Part shown: positions 42,394 through 51,657 of the stretch, in pieces
Layout of the letters: every line of letters starts with the position of its first letter
Position numbering within the stretch: the stretch's first letter is position 1
DNA from: Spirochaetia bacterium
GTDB lineage: Bacteria > Spirochaetota > Spirochaetia > SZUA-6 > Bin103
Length of the DNA: 64,000 nucleotides
Direction of reading: 5' to 3'
Assembly (NCBI GenBank): GCA_965203515.1
Contig: OZ241907.1
Span: forward strand, 3,424,001 to 3,488,000
Translations under genes and position numbers: made by a program
The notes under the pieces: model-generated
Seen by the model: only the letters and a program-made list of their open reading frames with translations
Database searches by the model: none
What the model was told of the DNA's origin: nothing

Positions 42394-44220
42394 TCAGGCT
42401 CTCATGAAACGCGGCGTCACGCGAGCATCACCGCCGATCAAGTCGAGTATCTCGTCGGTATCATCCGCAAATTGGCCGGCGCTCACGCTTAGATAACGCC
42501 AACTACTGAATTCCCGGCCGCCACGTGCGGACATTTCCTGCTTGGCTTTCTGGGCGAACGTCCCCGCTTCTGCCGCTTCCCCGACAGCCCAATAGCTGAT
42601 CGCCATACATTGGAAATAGTTAGGCCAAGGATCCTTCCACGGATCCACATGCTCGAGTTCGACGACTCGACGAAACGGATCGACGACGAGACTTCCTCGA
42701 TCTCCCCAGAGCGCCATGCCGTAGTTGAAGGCGAAATGAATGCTCATCTCCGCCACTTCGCGTGCTTCGCTTCTTATTATCTCAATGGCTTCGGCGAATC
42801 GTCCCAGGGCGATGGCCGCCAGCGACAGGGCATCCCGGGCAGCCTCCTGCTCGTCAGGCGACAAGCGTTCGGTAGCCAGAAGCGGGCGGAGAATATCACT
42901 TGCGATTGCGGCTTCGGCTTTAGACCCGTCCAGCTCGCTGGCGATCCACACGCGTTGGCTTGGCGGCAACGCTGACACGGCCGGAGACTCGGCTACCCTG
43001 GTCAGATCCTGCGGGGCGATCATGGAAATCGCCCTCCGCACCTGAGCCGGCGACGCATGATCCGATTGCAGCGCGTTCATCGCGTCGCGGCTGGCGGCTT
43101 CTCGGTCGGCGTGCTCCAAACGCGATATCGCCGCCCTGCCGAGATACACATCAGGTTCCCGATAGCCGGCATCCACGGCTCGGGTGAACAGCGCCGCCGC
43201 GTCATCCAGACGGCCTTCGTCAGCATGCAATGACCCCAATCGATACAGCACCTCACCGTCCGCCGAATGATTCGCTTCAATCGTTTTCAGATGCGTTTCG
43301 GCGTTCGCCAAAGACAACGACCGGCTTCCGGAAGTTCGCCAATGGTGCCGCGTTTCGGTGATGTAATCGAGTGCCCCATCACGATCCGCGGCGTTGAGGC
43401 GGATGATCTCACTGGTGACTTCGCGATACTCCTTCGCGAGCCGGCTTCGCGGTCGTTCCTTGGTGAAGACCACCTGATTCAGGAGCGACAGGCTGTCATA
43501 TCGATGAATCATCATCGGCTCCCTTCTAAAGTCAAGATTTCGCTGGAAGGAAACGATATTCTCCTCGAGAATCTTGTCTTCATCGTCAAGGTCCGGCACG
43601 TTGGACATGACGAAGTGCAGATCGATCGATCTGTCGCGAGGTCTATTTCGTTCCGCTCGGATGTCGCGTACGATCTTGGTCAGGCCGCGGAGATTCTGGG
43701 CGTTGGGAAAGAACAGTATGACCACGGAATCAGGGAGCTGCCGTGTGCAGATGCCGCCGACGTCGGAATGGCCGGTGCGCGAGTCGATCAGCACGTAGTC
43801 CGGCTTGATGAAAGCGTTCCACTGTTCCTTGAGGTCTTCGAACAGCAGATAACCATCGTGTCGTTCGTAGAGCTCCCCCCAATCGATCTGCGCATACGTC
43901 GCCGCATAGGTGCGTCGATCAGCGCCGGCAGGCATGACCCACAGATCCCCGCCGCCACTCGCTGATCGGGGTGACTCGAAAACAAATCTACCGACGTCGG
44001 GAGCCTGTCCGCTCTCGAGGTAGGTGCGCACAAAATCGATCACGCCGGGCGTCGTGCCGGCTGGTCTGAGGAGATCGAAGGTGTCGAGTCCGGGGGCCTC
44101 CAGATCGAAATCGACGGCGAGCACGCGACGGCCCCGGCGTGCGAGATCGACGGCGACGTTCGCAAGGGCCATCGTCCGTCCGACTCCGCCTTTGAACGAG
44201 TAGAACGTGGTTACGTACAC
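42394..44220 (-). CDS. KGGVGR-variant ParA/MinD-like ATPase with C-terminal TPR-like repeats
   Basis: GTG 44220, VTTFYSFKGGVGRTMALANVA, DFDLEAPGL, IDSRTG, then helical TPR-like region (LYRLGSLH..EGRLDDA, FNYGMALWG). Confidence 0.8.
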   Translation of the reverse strand: MYVTTFYSFKGGVGRTMALANVAVDLARRGRRVLAVDFDLEAPGLDTFDLLRPAGTTPGVIDFVRTYLESGQAPDVGRFVFESPRSASGGGDLWVMPAGADRRTYAATYAQIDWGELYERHDGYLLFEDLKEQWNAFIKPDYVLIDSRTGHSDVGGICTRQLPDSVVILFFPNAQNLRGLTKIVRDIRAERNRPRDRSIDLHFVMSNVPDLDDEDKILEENIVSFQRNLDFRREPMMIHRYDSLSLLNQVVFTKERPRSRLAKEYREVTSEIIRLNAADRDGALDYITETRHHWRTSGSRSLSLANAETHLKTIEANHSADGEVLYRLGSLHADEGRLDDAAALFTRAVDAGYREPDVYLGRAAISRLEHADREAASRDAMNALQSDHASPAQVRRAISMIAPQDLTRVAESPAVSALPPSQRVWIASELDGSKAEAAIASDILRPLLATERLSPDEQEAARDALSLAAIALGRFAEAIEIIRSEAREVAEMSIHFAFNYGMALWGDRGSLVVDPFRRVVELEHVDPWKDPWPNYFQCMAISYWAVGEAAEAGTFAQKAKQEMSARGGREFSSWRYLSVSAGQFADDTDEILDLIGGDARVTPRFMRA

Positions 44221-44222
44221 AA

Positions 44223-44786
44223 TCAACTCGCCTTTCTGAGGTCGAAGTTCTCTTGGCTCCGGCGGATTCTGTCGGAAACGGTCAGTACACGAAATTTGGG
44301 AATGTTTGGCGCGTAGGAAGGAAAAGATGCGTGCCGATCGGTAGTGAGATCGCGCAGGCGGTCCATGACTCCCGGTAGAGCCAGGAGTCGCAAATAACGA
44401 TCGTTGGCCTGATTCTGGACTACCGCGCCGTTTTCCCAGCGGTTGAGGGTGGCCTCGCCAAGACCGGTAAGCCCGGCGAACGCGGCTCTGGTCATCACGA
44501 ATTTCTGGCGAATGCCGCGTATTTCGGCGGGTGTCAGCACACCCAGATGACGGCATACGGCTTCGTGTCTCAGTCGTTCCCCTTCATGGTCGAGAAACTC
44601 GAAATCGCATGCGTCGCAGCGGCGAACGGGAAGATCGACCTCCAGCGTCGCCGCCGCATCGCCCGACCCGTACGTGAATGTATCGAGATGTCGGTACGTA
44701 GTGATCGAGTTCTCGCCGCACTGCGGACATTCGCAGTCTACGTTTGTCTTGTCGTCGCGCACCAGCATACTGTCGTTCGGTTCCAT
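44223..44786 (-). CDS. MqsA-family antitoxin (Zn finger + Xre HTH) with C-terminal extension
   Basis: CPQCG...CDACD, LTPAEIRGIR, TLNRWENG..VQN..NDRYLRLL. Confidence 0.85.
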   Translation of the reverse strand: MEPNDSMLVRDDKTNVDCECPQCGENSITTYRHLDTFTYGSGDAAATLEVDLPVRRCDACDFEFLDHEGERLRHEAVCRHLGVLTPAEIRGIRQKFVMTRAAFAGLTGLGEATLNRWENGAVVQNQANDRYLRLLALPGVMDRLRDLTTDRHASFPSYAPNIPKFRVLTVSDRIRRSQENFDLRKAS

Positions 44787-44805
44787 CGCTGATTCCGGTC
44801 GTCCT

Positions 44806-45189
44806 CTATTCGTATTCGGAGTAGTGAAAGCTGCGCCCGATGATCTTCCCGGCGCCCAACTGAAGCTTTATGTAGAGCCGAGGCACGTCCGGTCCGAGAT
44901 CGATCTTCATGACGTAACCCTTGGCCCCCTTTGGCTTACGCAGATCGATGACGGTCACCTCTTGACCGTGTTCGAGACGTGTGGCTATCAGTTCCCAGGC
45001 GGTCGAGTCGGTGAAGTGCGTGTCCAGCAGTCCATCGGGATTGCGTACTTGGCCTGGACGCCAGTCCGCAGGTCGGTGCGGCTTGAACTCGGAGATGCGG
45101 GCTGTGCTGCGCCGTGCGAGCAAGGCCAACTGATGCCTCGTCGCGCCGTCGATTCCGGTCGGAAGCTCTCGTTGGTCACCGGTGGTCAT
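44806..45189 (-). CDS. putative MqsR-like toxin
   Basis: Lies upstream of the MqsA-like gene; C-terminal LYIKLQL...GRSFH resembles the MqsR/RelE-fold signature. Confidence 0.6.
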   Translation of the reverse strand: MTTGDQRELPTGIDGATRHQLALLARRSTARISEFKPHRPADWRPGQVRNPDGLLDTHFTDSTAWELIATRLEHGQEVTVIDLRKPKGAKGYVMKIDLGPDVPRLYIKLQLGAGKIIGRSFHYSEYE

Positions 45190-45204
45190 CCATCTCGTCT
45201 CATA

Positions 45205-45234
45205 TCATATGATGCATGTTCGCTTGCAGTCAAG
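45205..45234 (-). promoter_or_regulatory. promoter of the TA-like operon with a palindrome over the -10
   Basis: TTGACT-N18-TATGAT; palindrome ATCATATGAT overlaps the -10. Confidence 0.6.
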
Positions 45235-45352
45235 TCCGAACAGCGATCATTTGATAGACGTGGGCGACCGATCAGGCGACACAGCAGATGGGCTGCCGGG
45301 TGCTGCGCCGCGCGGGGCGGATCGGCCAGCAGGTGATGTCAGGCACGGCGGG

Positions 45353-45946
45353 TCATCGAGACGACATCGTACCGCTTCTTCGCTGCAGCGCCGGCCGACT
45401 TCCTGATACGGGCGCTGCGGCGCCGTAGGCGATCTTCCGCCAGTCGACACCCCGATCGGCCAACCGCTCCACCAGCGCGGTGCGCCGATTGGACGATGCG
45501 ACGGCATGGATCGCGACCGTGACGCCGAGCGCCGCGGACGGAATCAGGAACCACGGCCAGTTGCCGCCGGACACCACGTTGACCATGAACAGCGCTCCGC
45601 TCAGCGCGGCGGCGAACGCTCCGTGCGAACGCAGGCCGGCGCGCGCCTTCTGGAAGCTCCGCACCAGCTTCAGCCGCCGCTCGTCGAGGTAGCCCGCCGC
45701 GTCCAGCTCGTCGGCGGCGCGGCGCCGGTTGTCGGCGTGCACGGCGTGCTGGATGACGGCCGTGGCCCCGAACGCGTACGGGATCAGGAACCAGGGATCA
45801 ACGCCTGCGGTCACGTTGATCAGGAACAGCACGGCGTTGATGCCGGCGAACGTGACGCCGTGCATCACCAGCGAACGTCGCGCGCGCGTCGCCTTGTCGC
45901 GGAGCGTCTCCCGCAGCTGATGAAAACGGTCGCTGAGTGGGGCCAT
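45353..45946 (-). CDS. membrane protein with two 2TM domains
   Basis: Two copies of H...F..IN.....PWFLIP....G.....H. Confidence 0.75.
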   Translation of the reverse strand: MAPLSDRFHQLRETLRDKATRARRSLVMHGVTFAGINAVLFLINVTAGVDPWFLIPYAFGATAVIQHAVHADNRRRAADELDAAGYLDERRLKLVRSFQKARAGLRSHGAFAAALSGALFMVNVVSGGNWPWFLIPSAALGVTVAIHAVASSNRRTALVERLADRGVDWRKIAYGAAAPVSGSRPALQRRSGTMSSR

Positions 45947-46060
45947 ACCGGTTCGGGGAGTATAGCGCGGTTGGCACGTTCGACGGGAAGCGCGCGACAC
46001 CGGCTTGACCGGCACAGGGCCGCGTTTGACCGCGCGCGCGTCGGGCGGGATGATCGAGGC

Positions 46061-46765
46061 GTGGCCGCGGAGGCCGGTTCGCTCAGCGTGATCGCCACGC
46101 CGATCGGGAATCTGGAAGACATCACCCTGCGGACGCTGCGCGTGCTGGGCGAGCTGGACGCGCTGGCGTGCGAGGACACGCGCCGCACCCGCGCCATCTA
46201 CGAGCACTACGATCTGGCCCGCCCGCGCAGCATCTTCTCCTGCCATCGTCACAACGAGGCGGCGGCCGGCGCGCGCATCCTGACGCTGCTCGCGCGCGGC
46301 GCCGCCGTGGGCCTGGTCTCGAACGCCGGCTATCCGTGCATCAGCGATCCCGGCCATCTGGTCGTGCGTCAGGCGATCGACGCCGGCCACCGGGTGGAGG
46401 TGATCCCGGGCGCGAGCGCCGTGCCCTGCGCCCTGATCGTCTCCGGACTGCCGGTCGGCGCCTACCTGTTCCTGGGCTTTCCGCCGCGCAAGGCGGGCCG
46501 GCTCCATTCGCTGCTCGTGGAGGCGGCGGAGCAGCAGGGCACGCTGGTGCTGTTCGAGGCGCCCGGACGGGTGGCCGCGCTGCTTGCGGCTGCGGTCGCC
46601 GCGCTCGGCGATCGGCGGGCCGCGGTCTGCATCGAGCTGACCAAACGATTCGAGCAGGTCCACCGCGGCTACCTGACCGATCTGATCGCGCGCGTCGATC
46701 GGATCGACCTGCGCGGGGAGGTCTGCGTTGTCATCGCCGGCAACGACCGCCGGCTCATCCGCTGA
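46061..46765 (+). CDS. rsmI: 16S rRNA C1402 2'-O-methyltransferase
   Basis: IATPIGNLEDITLR, CEDTR, VSNAGYPCISDPG, ELTKRFE. Confidence 0.93.
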   Translation: MAAEAGSLSVIATPIGNLEDITLRTLRVLGELDALACEDTRRTRAIYEHYDLARPRSIFSCHRHNEAAAGARILTLLARGAAVGLVSNAGYPCISDPGHLVVRQAIDAGHRVEVIPGASAVPCALIVSGLPVGAYLFLGFPPRKAGRLHSLLVEAAEQQGTLVLFEAPGRVAALLAAAVAALGDRRAAVCIELTKRFEQVHRGYLTDLIARVDRIDLRGEVCVVIAGNDRRLIR

Positions 46766-47777
46766 AGCGCGCCCCCGGCGGCTGGCGACCGCCCATGGCG
46801 CGCTGCGGCTGCCGGCGTTTCTGCCGGACGCGACCCGCGGCGTGGTGCGCACGCTGTCGCCGGACGACCTGGCCGCCGCCGGCGTGGAGGCGCTCATGGT
46901 CAATTGCCTGCACTTGGCGCGGACACCGGGGACGCAGACGATCGCCCGCGTCGGCGGGCTGCACGCCTTCATGGGCTGGCGCGGCCCGCTGGCCGCCGAC
47001 TCGGGGGGATTCCAGGCGCTCTCCATGGCCGGAGCGCGGGTCACCGACCGCGGGTTGAGCGTCGCCGGCGCCGGAACCGACCGGCTGCACCTGACGCCGG
47101 AGCGTACGGTGCGCCGGCAGCTCCGGCTCGGCGCCGACATCGTCTTCTGCCTCGATCACTGCCCGCGGCCGGATGCCGACTACGCCGCCCACCGCCAGAG
47201 CGTGCGGCGCACCGTACGCTGGGCCGCCGCGTGCCGCGCGGAACTGGAGCGCGCCGGTGATTCCGGCGCTGCCGTGCCGCTGCTGTTCGCGGTGGTGCAG
47301 GGCGGCCCGCACCGCGACCTGCGCGCCGGGTGCGTGGAGGAGCTGGTGGCGATCGGATTCGACGGGCTGGGCTTCGGCGGCTGGCCGATCGCCGGCGGCC
47401 GGCTGGACGACATGGTGCACGCGGTGGCCGAGCTGGCGCCGGCCGAGGTGCCGCTGCACGGCCTGGGGATCGGCAGCCTGGGCGCGCTGCGCGAGGCGGC
47501 GGCCGCCGGCTACCGGCTGTTCGACTGCGTGCTGCCGACCCGAGACGCGCGCCACGGCCGCCTGTACGCGGACGGCGGCGGATCGGTGTCGATCCGGGAC
47601 GAGCGCTTTGCGCGCCGCCGGGAACCGGCCGTGGATGGCTGCGACTGCGCTGCGTGCCGGGCCTTTCCCGCCGCCTATCTGCACCATCTGTTCCGCGTCG
47701 GCGACGCGCTCGGCCACCGCCTCGCCTCGATCCACAACCTGCGGGTCTACAGCCGGGCGGCCGGCGCGGCGGCGTGA
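46728..47777 (+). CDS. tgt: divergent tRNA-guanine transglycosylase family protein (start uncertain)
   Basis: PAFLPDATRG, GGLHAFMGW, DSGGFQ, LDHC, VQGG, FDCVLPTRDARHG, CDCAAC...HNL Zn site. Confidence 0.85.
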   Translation: MSSPATTAGSSAEARPRRLATAHGALRLPAFLPDATRGVVRTLSPDDLAAAGVEALMVNCLHLARTPGTQTIARVGGLHAFMGWRGPLAADSGGFQALSMAGARVTDRGLSVAGAGTDRLHLTPERTVRRQLRLGADIVFCLDHCPRPDADYAAHRQSVRRTVRWAAACRAELERAGDSGAAVPLLFAVVQGGPHRDLRAGCVEELVAIGFDGLGFGGWPIAGGRLDDMVHAVAELAPAEVPLHGLGIGSLGALREAAAAGYRLFDCVLPTRDARHGRLYADGGGSVSIRDERFARRREPAVDGCDCAACRAFPAAYLHHLFRVGDALGHRLASIHNLRVYSRAAGAAA

Positions 47778-48673
47778 TGAACGGGAGCGTGATGAGCGGA
47801 GCGCTCTCGTCCGCCGCGGAGCGGGAGCCGCCGGCGCCGGACCGGGAACTGGTGCGAGCGCTGCAGGCGACCCGCAAGTACCGGCGCGTCCACCCCGATC
47901 TGCTGGCGCGCGTGGCGGGCCGCGCGTTGGCCGGCCGCGCACTGGCGGGCCGCGGGCGCCGCGACGCTCTGAAAGCGGCCAAGCGCGCGCTGCACGAGAT
48001 CGCCGGCGCGTTCCTGGACGCCGATTCCTGCCGCCGCGCGGAGCGGCTGGCGCGGTCGCTCGCTGCCGCCGGCCCGGAGCGCCGCCGGGAGCTGTGCCGG
48101 GCGGTGCTCCGACTGCACGCTTCCAGCGCGGAGCGGCTGCCGGTGATGGCGGAGCTGTACGAACGGGTCTGGCAGGCGGCCGCCGGCGCCCGCGGCGTCC
48201 TGCGCTCCGCACCGGTGAGCGTGCTCGACGTCGCCTGCGGCCTGAACCCGTTCGCGCTGCCGTGGATGGGGCTGGCGCCCGGCAGCAGCTATCGCGGCGT
48301 CGACGCGGACGGCCGCGTGGTCGATCTGGCGCGGCCGGCCCTGCCGTATCTGGAGGTGCCCGCGTTGCGCGCGCCGCCGGAGGTCGAGGTGGCGGACGTC
48401 CTCCAACCGACGCCGGCGTTCGGCCGGTTCGACGTGGCGCTGCTGTTGAAGACCGTGCCGACCCTGGAGCGGCTGGCGCCGGGGACGAGCGGCGATCTGG
48501 TGCGGCGGATCGCCGCGCCGGTGGTGGTGATCTCCACCGCGACCGGCAGCCTTGGAGGAGGCAGGCGGCGCCTCCGTCACGACGAGTTGATCGAAAGGAC
48601 GCTGGCGGCCGGCGGTCGCCGTCCGGCGGCCCGCTTCGAGATCGCCGGCGAGTCGGTCGTCGTGGCGCGGTAG
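47777..48673 (+). CDS. ArmA/Rmt/Sgm-family 16S rRNA m7G1405 methyltransferase homolog
   Basis: TRKYRRV, KAAKRALHEIAGAF, LHASSAERL, VLDVACGLNPF, LLLKTVPTLE, VVIS..TGSLGG. Confidence 0.85.
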   Translation: MNGSVMSGALSSAAEREPPAPDRELVRALQATRKYRRVHPDLLARVAGRALAGRALAGRGRRDALKAAKRALHEIAGAFLDADSCRRAERLARSLAAAGPERRRELCRAVLRLHASSAERLPVMAELYERVWQAAAGARGVLRSAPVSVLDVACGLNPFALPWMGLAPGSSYRGVDADGRVVDLARPALPYLEVPALRAPPEVEVADVLQPTPAFGRFDVALLLKTVPTLERLAPGTSGDLVRRIAAPVVVISTATGSLGGGRRRLRHDELIERTLAAGGRRPAARFEIAGESVVVAR

Positions 48674-48707
48674 GCCGCCGCCCGCGCCGCGGCGCGCCGC
48701 CGGCGCC

Positions 48708-50159
48708 TCACTTTCGCCAGAACGCGGGCGTGAGCAACACGACGACGCTGTACAGCTCCAACCGGCCGGTGAGCATGCCCAGGCTCAGGAACAGCTTCAC
48801 CCCGACCGGATAATGGGCGTAGTTCTCGGCCGGACCGACCGCCCCGAAACCGGGACCGATGTTGCCGACGGTGGCGAGCGCCGTGGAGAACGCCGACAGC
48901 AGGTCGGCGCCGGCCGACGCCACCACCAGCATGGTGGCGATCAGGATGACCACGTACAGGTAGAAGAAGGTGGCGATCGGATAGAGGATGTCCTTCTTCA
49001 GCGGCCGCGTGGCGACGCGCGTGGGGAACACGCCGCGCGGATGGATGAGGTAGCGCAGCTCGTTGGCGCCCTGCTTGAAGAGGGTGATCACGCGCACCAC
49101 CTTGACGCCGCCGCCGGTCGACCCGGCGCAGCCGCCCACGAACATCAGCCCCATCAGCACCGCCTGCGCCAGCTCCGGCCAGCGGCTGTAATCGGCGGTC
49201 GCGTAACCGGTCGTGGTCAGGATCGAGACCACCTGAAAGGCGCCGTAGCGGACGCTGTCGGCGGCCGAGTCGTAGACGCGCCCGTAGAGGCTGACGGCCA
49301 CGACCAGCGTGGCCGCCGCGGCGATCGCCACGTACACGCGGAACTCCACGTTGGAGACCAGCGCGCGGAGCCCGCCGCGGCTGAGCCGGTAGTACAGCGA
49401 GAAGTTGACGCCTGCCGCCAGCATGAAGACGGTGACTGTCAGATCGACCCAGCCGGACTGAAAGCCGCCGATGCTGTCGTTCCGGGAGGAGAACCCGCCG
49501 GTCGCCACCGTGCCGAAGGTGTGCATCACCGCGTCGAGCGGTCGCATGCCGATCACCAGCAGCAACGCAACCTCCAGCGCGGACATGCCGACGTACAGCA
49601 GCCACAGTATCTTGGCGGTCTGGGCGATGCGCGGGGTGAGCTTGTCGACGGTCGGTCCCGGCGCTTCGCTGCGCAGCACCTTCAGGCCGCCGATCCCCAT
49701 GCGCGGCAGGATGGCGACGGTGAGCACGACGATCCCCATGCCGCCCAGCCAGTGCATCAGCGAACGCCAGAACAGGATCGAACGCGGCAGCGCCTCGACG
49801 TCGGTCAGGATCGACGCGCCCGTGGTGGTGAAGCCGGACATCGACTCGAAGAACGCGTCGGCGTAGGACGGGATCGCGCCGGACAGCACGAAGGGCAGAG
49901 CGCCGGATAGCGAGACGCTGATCCAGCTCAGCGTGACGAACAGGAAACCCTCACGGGTCAGCAATACCTCGCGCGGGACGCGGCGGAAGCCGGCGAGCGT
50001 GGCGACGGCGAGCAGCCCGACCGCCGCCGCCGGCGCCAGGAAGGCGGCGATCTGCTCGCCTTCGCCGATCACCAGCGCCAGCAGTGCGCAACCGGCCAGG
50101 CAGCCGACGATCACCAACTGCAGCGCCGCGACCGTCTTGAGGATGGCTCGGACGTTCAA
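48708..50159 (-). CDS. trkH: Trk potassium uptake membrane protein
   Basis: FFESMSGFTTTGAS, WLGGMGI, TVATGGFS, GGCAGSTGGG, GNIGPG, GRLE. Confidence 0.95.
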   Translation of the reverse strand: MNVRAILKTVAALQLVIVGCLAGCALLALVIGEGEQIAAFLAPAAAVGLLAVATLAGFRRVPREVLLTREGFLFVTLSWISVSLSGALPFVLSGAIPSYADAFFESMSGFTTTGASILTDVEALPRSILFWRSLMHWLGGMGIVVLTVAILPRMGIGGLKVLRSEAPGPTVDKLTPRIAQTAKILWLLYVGMSALEVALLLVIGMRPLDAVMHTFGTVATGGFSSRNDSIGGFQSGWVDLTVTVFMLAAGVNFSLYYRLSRGGLRALVSNVEFRVYVAIAAAATLVVAVSLYGRVYDSAADSVRYGAFQVVSILTTTGYATADYSRWPELAQAVLMGLMFVGGCAGSTGGGVKVVRVITLFKQGANELRYLIHPRGVFPTRVATRPLKKDILYPIATFFYLYVVILIATMLVVASAGADLLSAFSTALATVGNIGPGFGAVGPAENYAHYPVGVKLFLSLGMLTGRLELYSVVVLLTPAFWRK

Positions 50160-51553
50160 GAATCGAAGCGCTCTTCGACCCGGCCGATCGCGTCGGTGCG
50201 GGCGATGATGGTCAGCCGGTCGGCGTCCTGCATGACCAGGTCGGCGCGGGGAAACAGGGTGACGCCGTCGCGGCGCACGGAGACGATCAGCGACTCCTCC
50301 GGGAAGTGGAGCTCCTGGATGCTGCGGCCCGCCATGCTCGCCGACGCATCGACCGTGCTCTCTATGACCTCGGCCTGGCCGCCGAACAGACTGGCGACGC
50401 TGCGCACCCGCCCCCGGCGAACGATCTTGAGCACCGCGCTCACCACGCTGTTCTTGGGGCTGATGATCACGTCCACGCCCAGGCGATTGGCCAGCGTCAG
50501 GTAGTTGTACTTGTTGACCAGCGCGATGGAACGCTTGACGCTGTAGGTCTTGGCGTAGATCGCCGCCAGGATGTTGAGCTCCTGATTGGCGGTGGTGGTG
50601 ATGATCAGGTCATGGTTCCGCAGGGACTCCTCCTCGAAGAACCCCTCCTCGGAGATGTCGCCGTTGATGACGATCGCGCCCGGAAAGCGCTCGGCCAGCG
50701 ACTTGCTCCGGGCGGTGTCGCTCTCGACGATCTTGAGCCGCCGCTTGCGACCGAAGGCGCGCAGCAACCGCAGCCGGCGGCGGCGCTCGCGGCCGTCCAG
50801 CAGGGATTCCGCGACGAAGCTGCCGACGCGTCCGCCGCCGACCAGGATGACTTGGCGCATCCGCAACTTGGGCCGGCCGGCGCGGTCGAAGAGCTGGTCC
50901 AGCACCTCCTCGGACGCGCTGACGTACAGCTCGTCCCCCTCGCGGACCAGCGTGTCGCCGCGCGGCAGGTCGAAGCGCTCGCCGCGCAGCAGCCCGCATA
51001 CCAGGAACTCCATCGGCAGTTCGGCGCGCGTCTGCGCGATCGTGCGGTTGCAGAAGAACGAGTCGCCCACGATCGGCAGCACCCGCATCTCGAGGTCGGT
51101 GTTCTCCAGCATCACCACCTCGCTGGTCACGCCGTGCTCCACGGTCTGCACGATCGCTCGCGCCGCTTCGATCTCGGGATTGACGATGTAGTCGATGTCG
51201 AGCAGAGACCCGTCGAACAGGTGCGAACGCGCGTAGTACTGCTGATTGCGCACGCGCGCGATCTTGAAAGGGACCGAGAACTCCCGCGAAGCCAGGCCGC
51301 AGACCACCATGTTGAACTCATCCGAGTCGGTCAGGGCGATGAAGAAGTCCGCATCCTGGATACCCGCTTGGCGAAGCAGCCGCAGGTCGTTGCCGATACC
51401 GGTGATGACCATGCAGTCGAGGTTGTTGAGCGCGTACTTGGCGGTGTCGGCGTCGCGCTCGATCAGGGTGACGTCCTGATTGTCGGCGACGAGCTGTCTG
51501 GCGAGCTGGAAGCCGGTGGTGCCGGCCCCGACCACCACGATCTTGCGCGGCAT
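50156..51553 (-). CDS. trkA: Trk potassium uptake NAD-binding subunit
   Basis: Two RCK units (VVGAGTTG; LVGGGRVG), ALTDSDEFN. Confidence 0.93.
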   Translation of the reverse strand: MPRKIVVVGAGTTGFQLARQLVADNQDVTLIERDADTAKYALNNLDCMVITGIGNDLRLLRQAGIQDADFFIALTDSDEFNMVVCGLASREFSVPFKIARVRNQQYYARSHLFDGSLLDIDYIVNPEIEAARAIVQTVEHGVTSEVVMLENTDLEMRVLPIVGDSFFCNRTIAQTRAELPMEFLVCGLLRGERFDLPRGDTLVREGDELYVSASEEVLDQLFDRAGRPKLRMRQVILVGGGRVGSFVAESLLDGRERRRRLRLLRAFGRKRRLKIVESDTARSKSLAERFPGAIVINGDISEEGFFEEESLRNHDLIITTTANQELNILAAIYAKTYSVKRSIALVNKYNYLTLANRLGVDVIISPKNSVVSAVLKIVRRGRVRSVASLFGGQAEVIESTVDASASMAGRSIQELHFPEESLIVSVRRDGVTLFPRADLVMQDADRLTIIARTDAIGRVEERFDS

Positions 51554-51657
51554 CGCGCCGATGCTACCCGACGGAGGGTCTCGCGTGACAAGTCGCCGCT
51601 GCGCGCCGGCCGGTCCGGGCGAGGATGCCGGTTCGGCGGTCATCTATACTCGATCAC

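Noticed and set aside
42390..45350. att sites or integrase for the low-GC island
   Set aside because: No convincing flanking direct repeats or recombinase found by eye.
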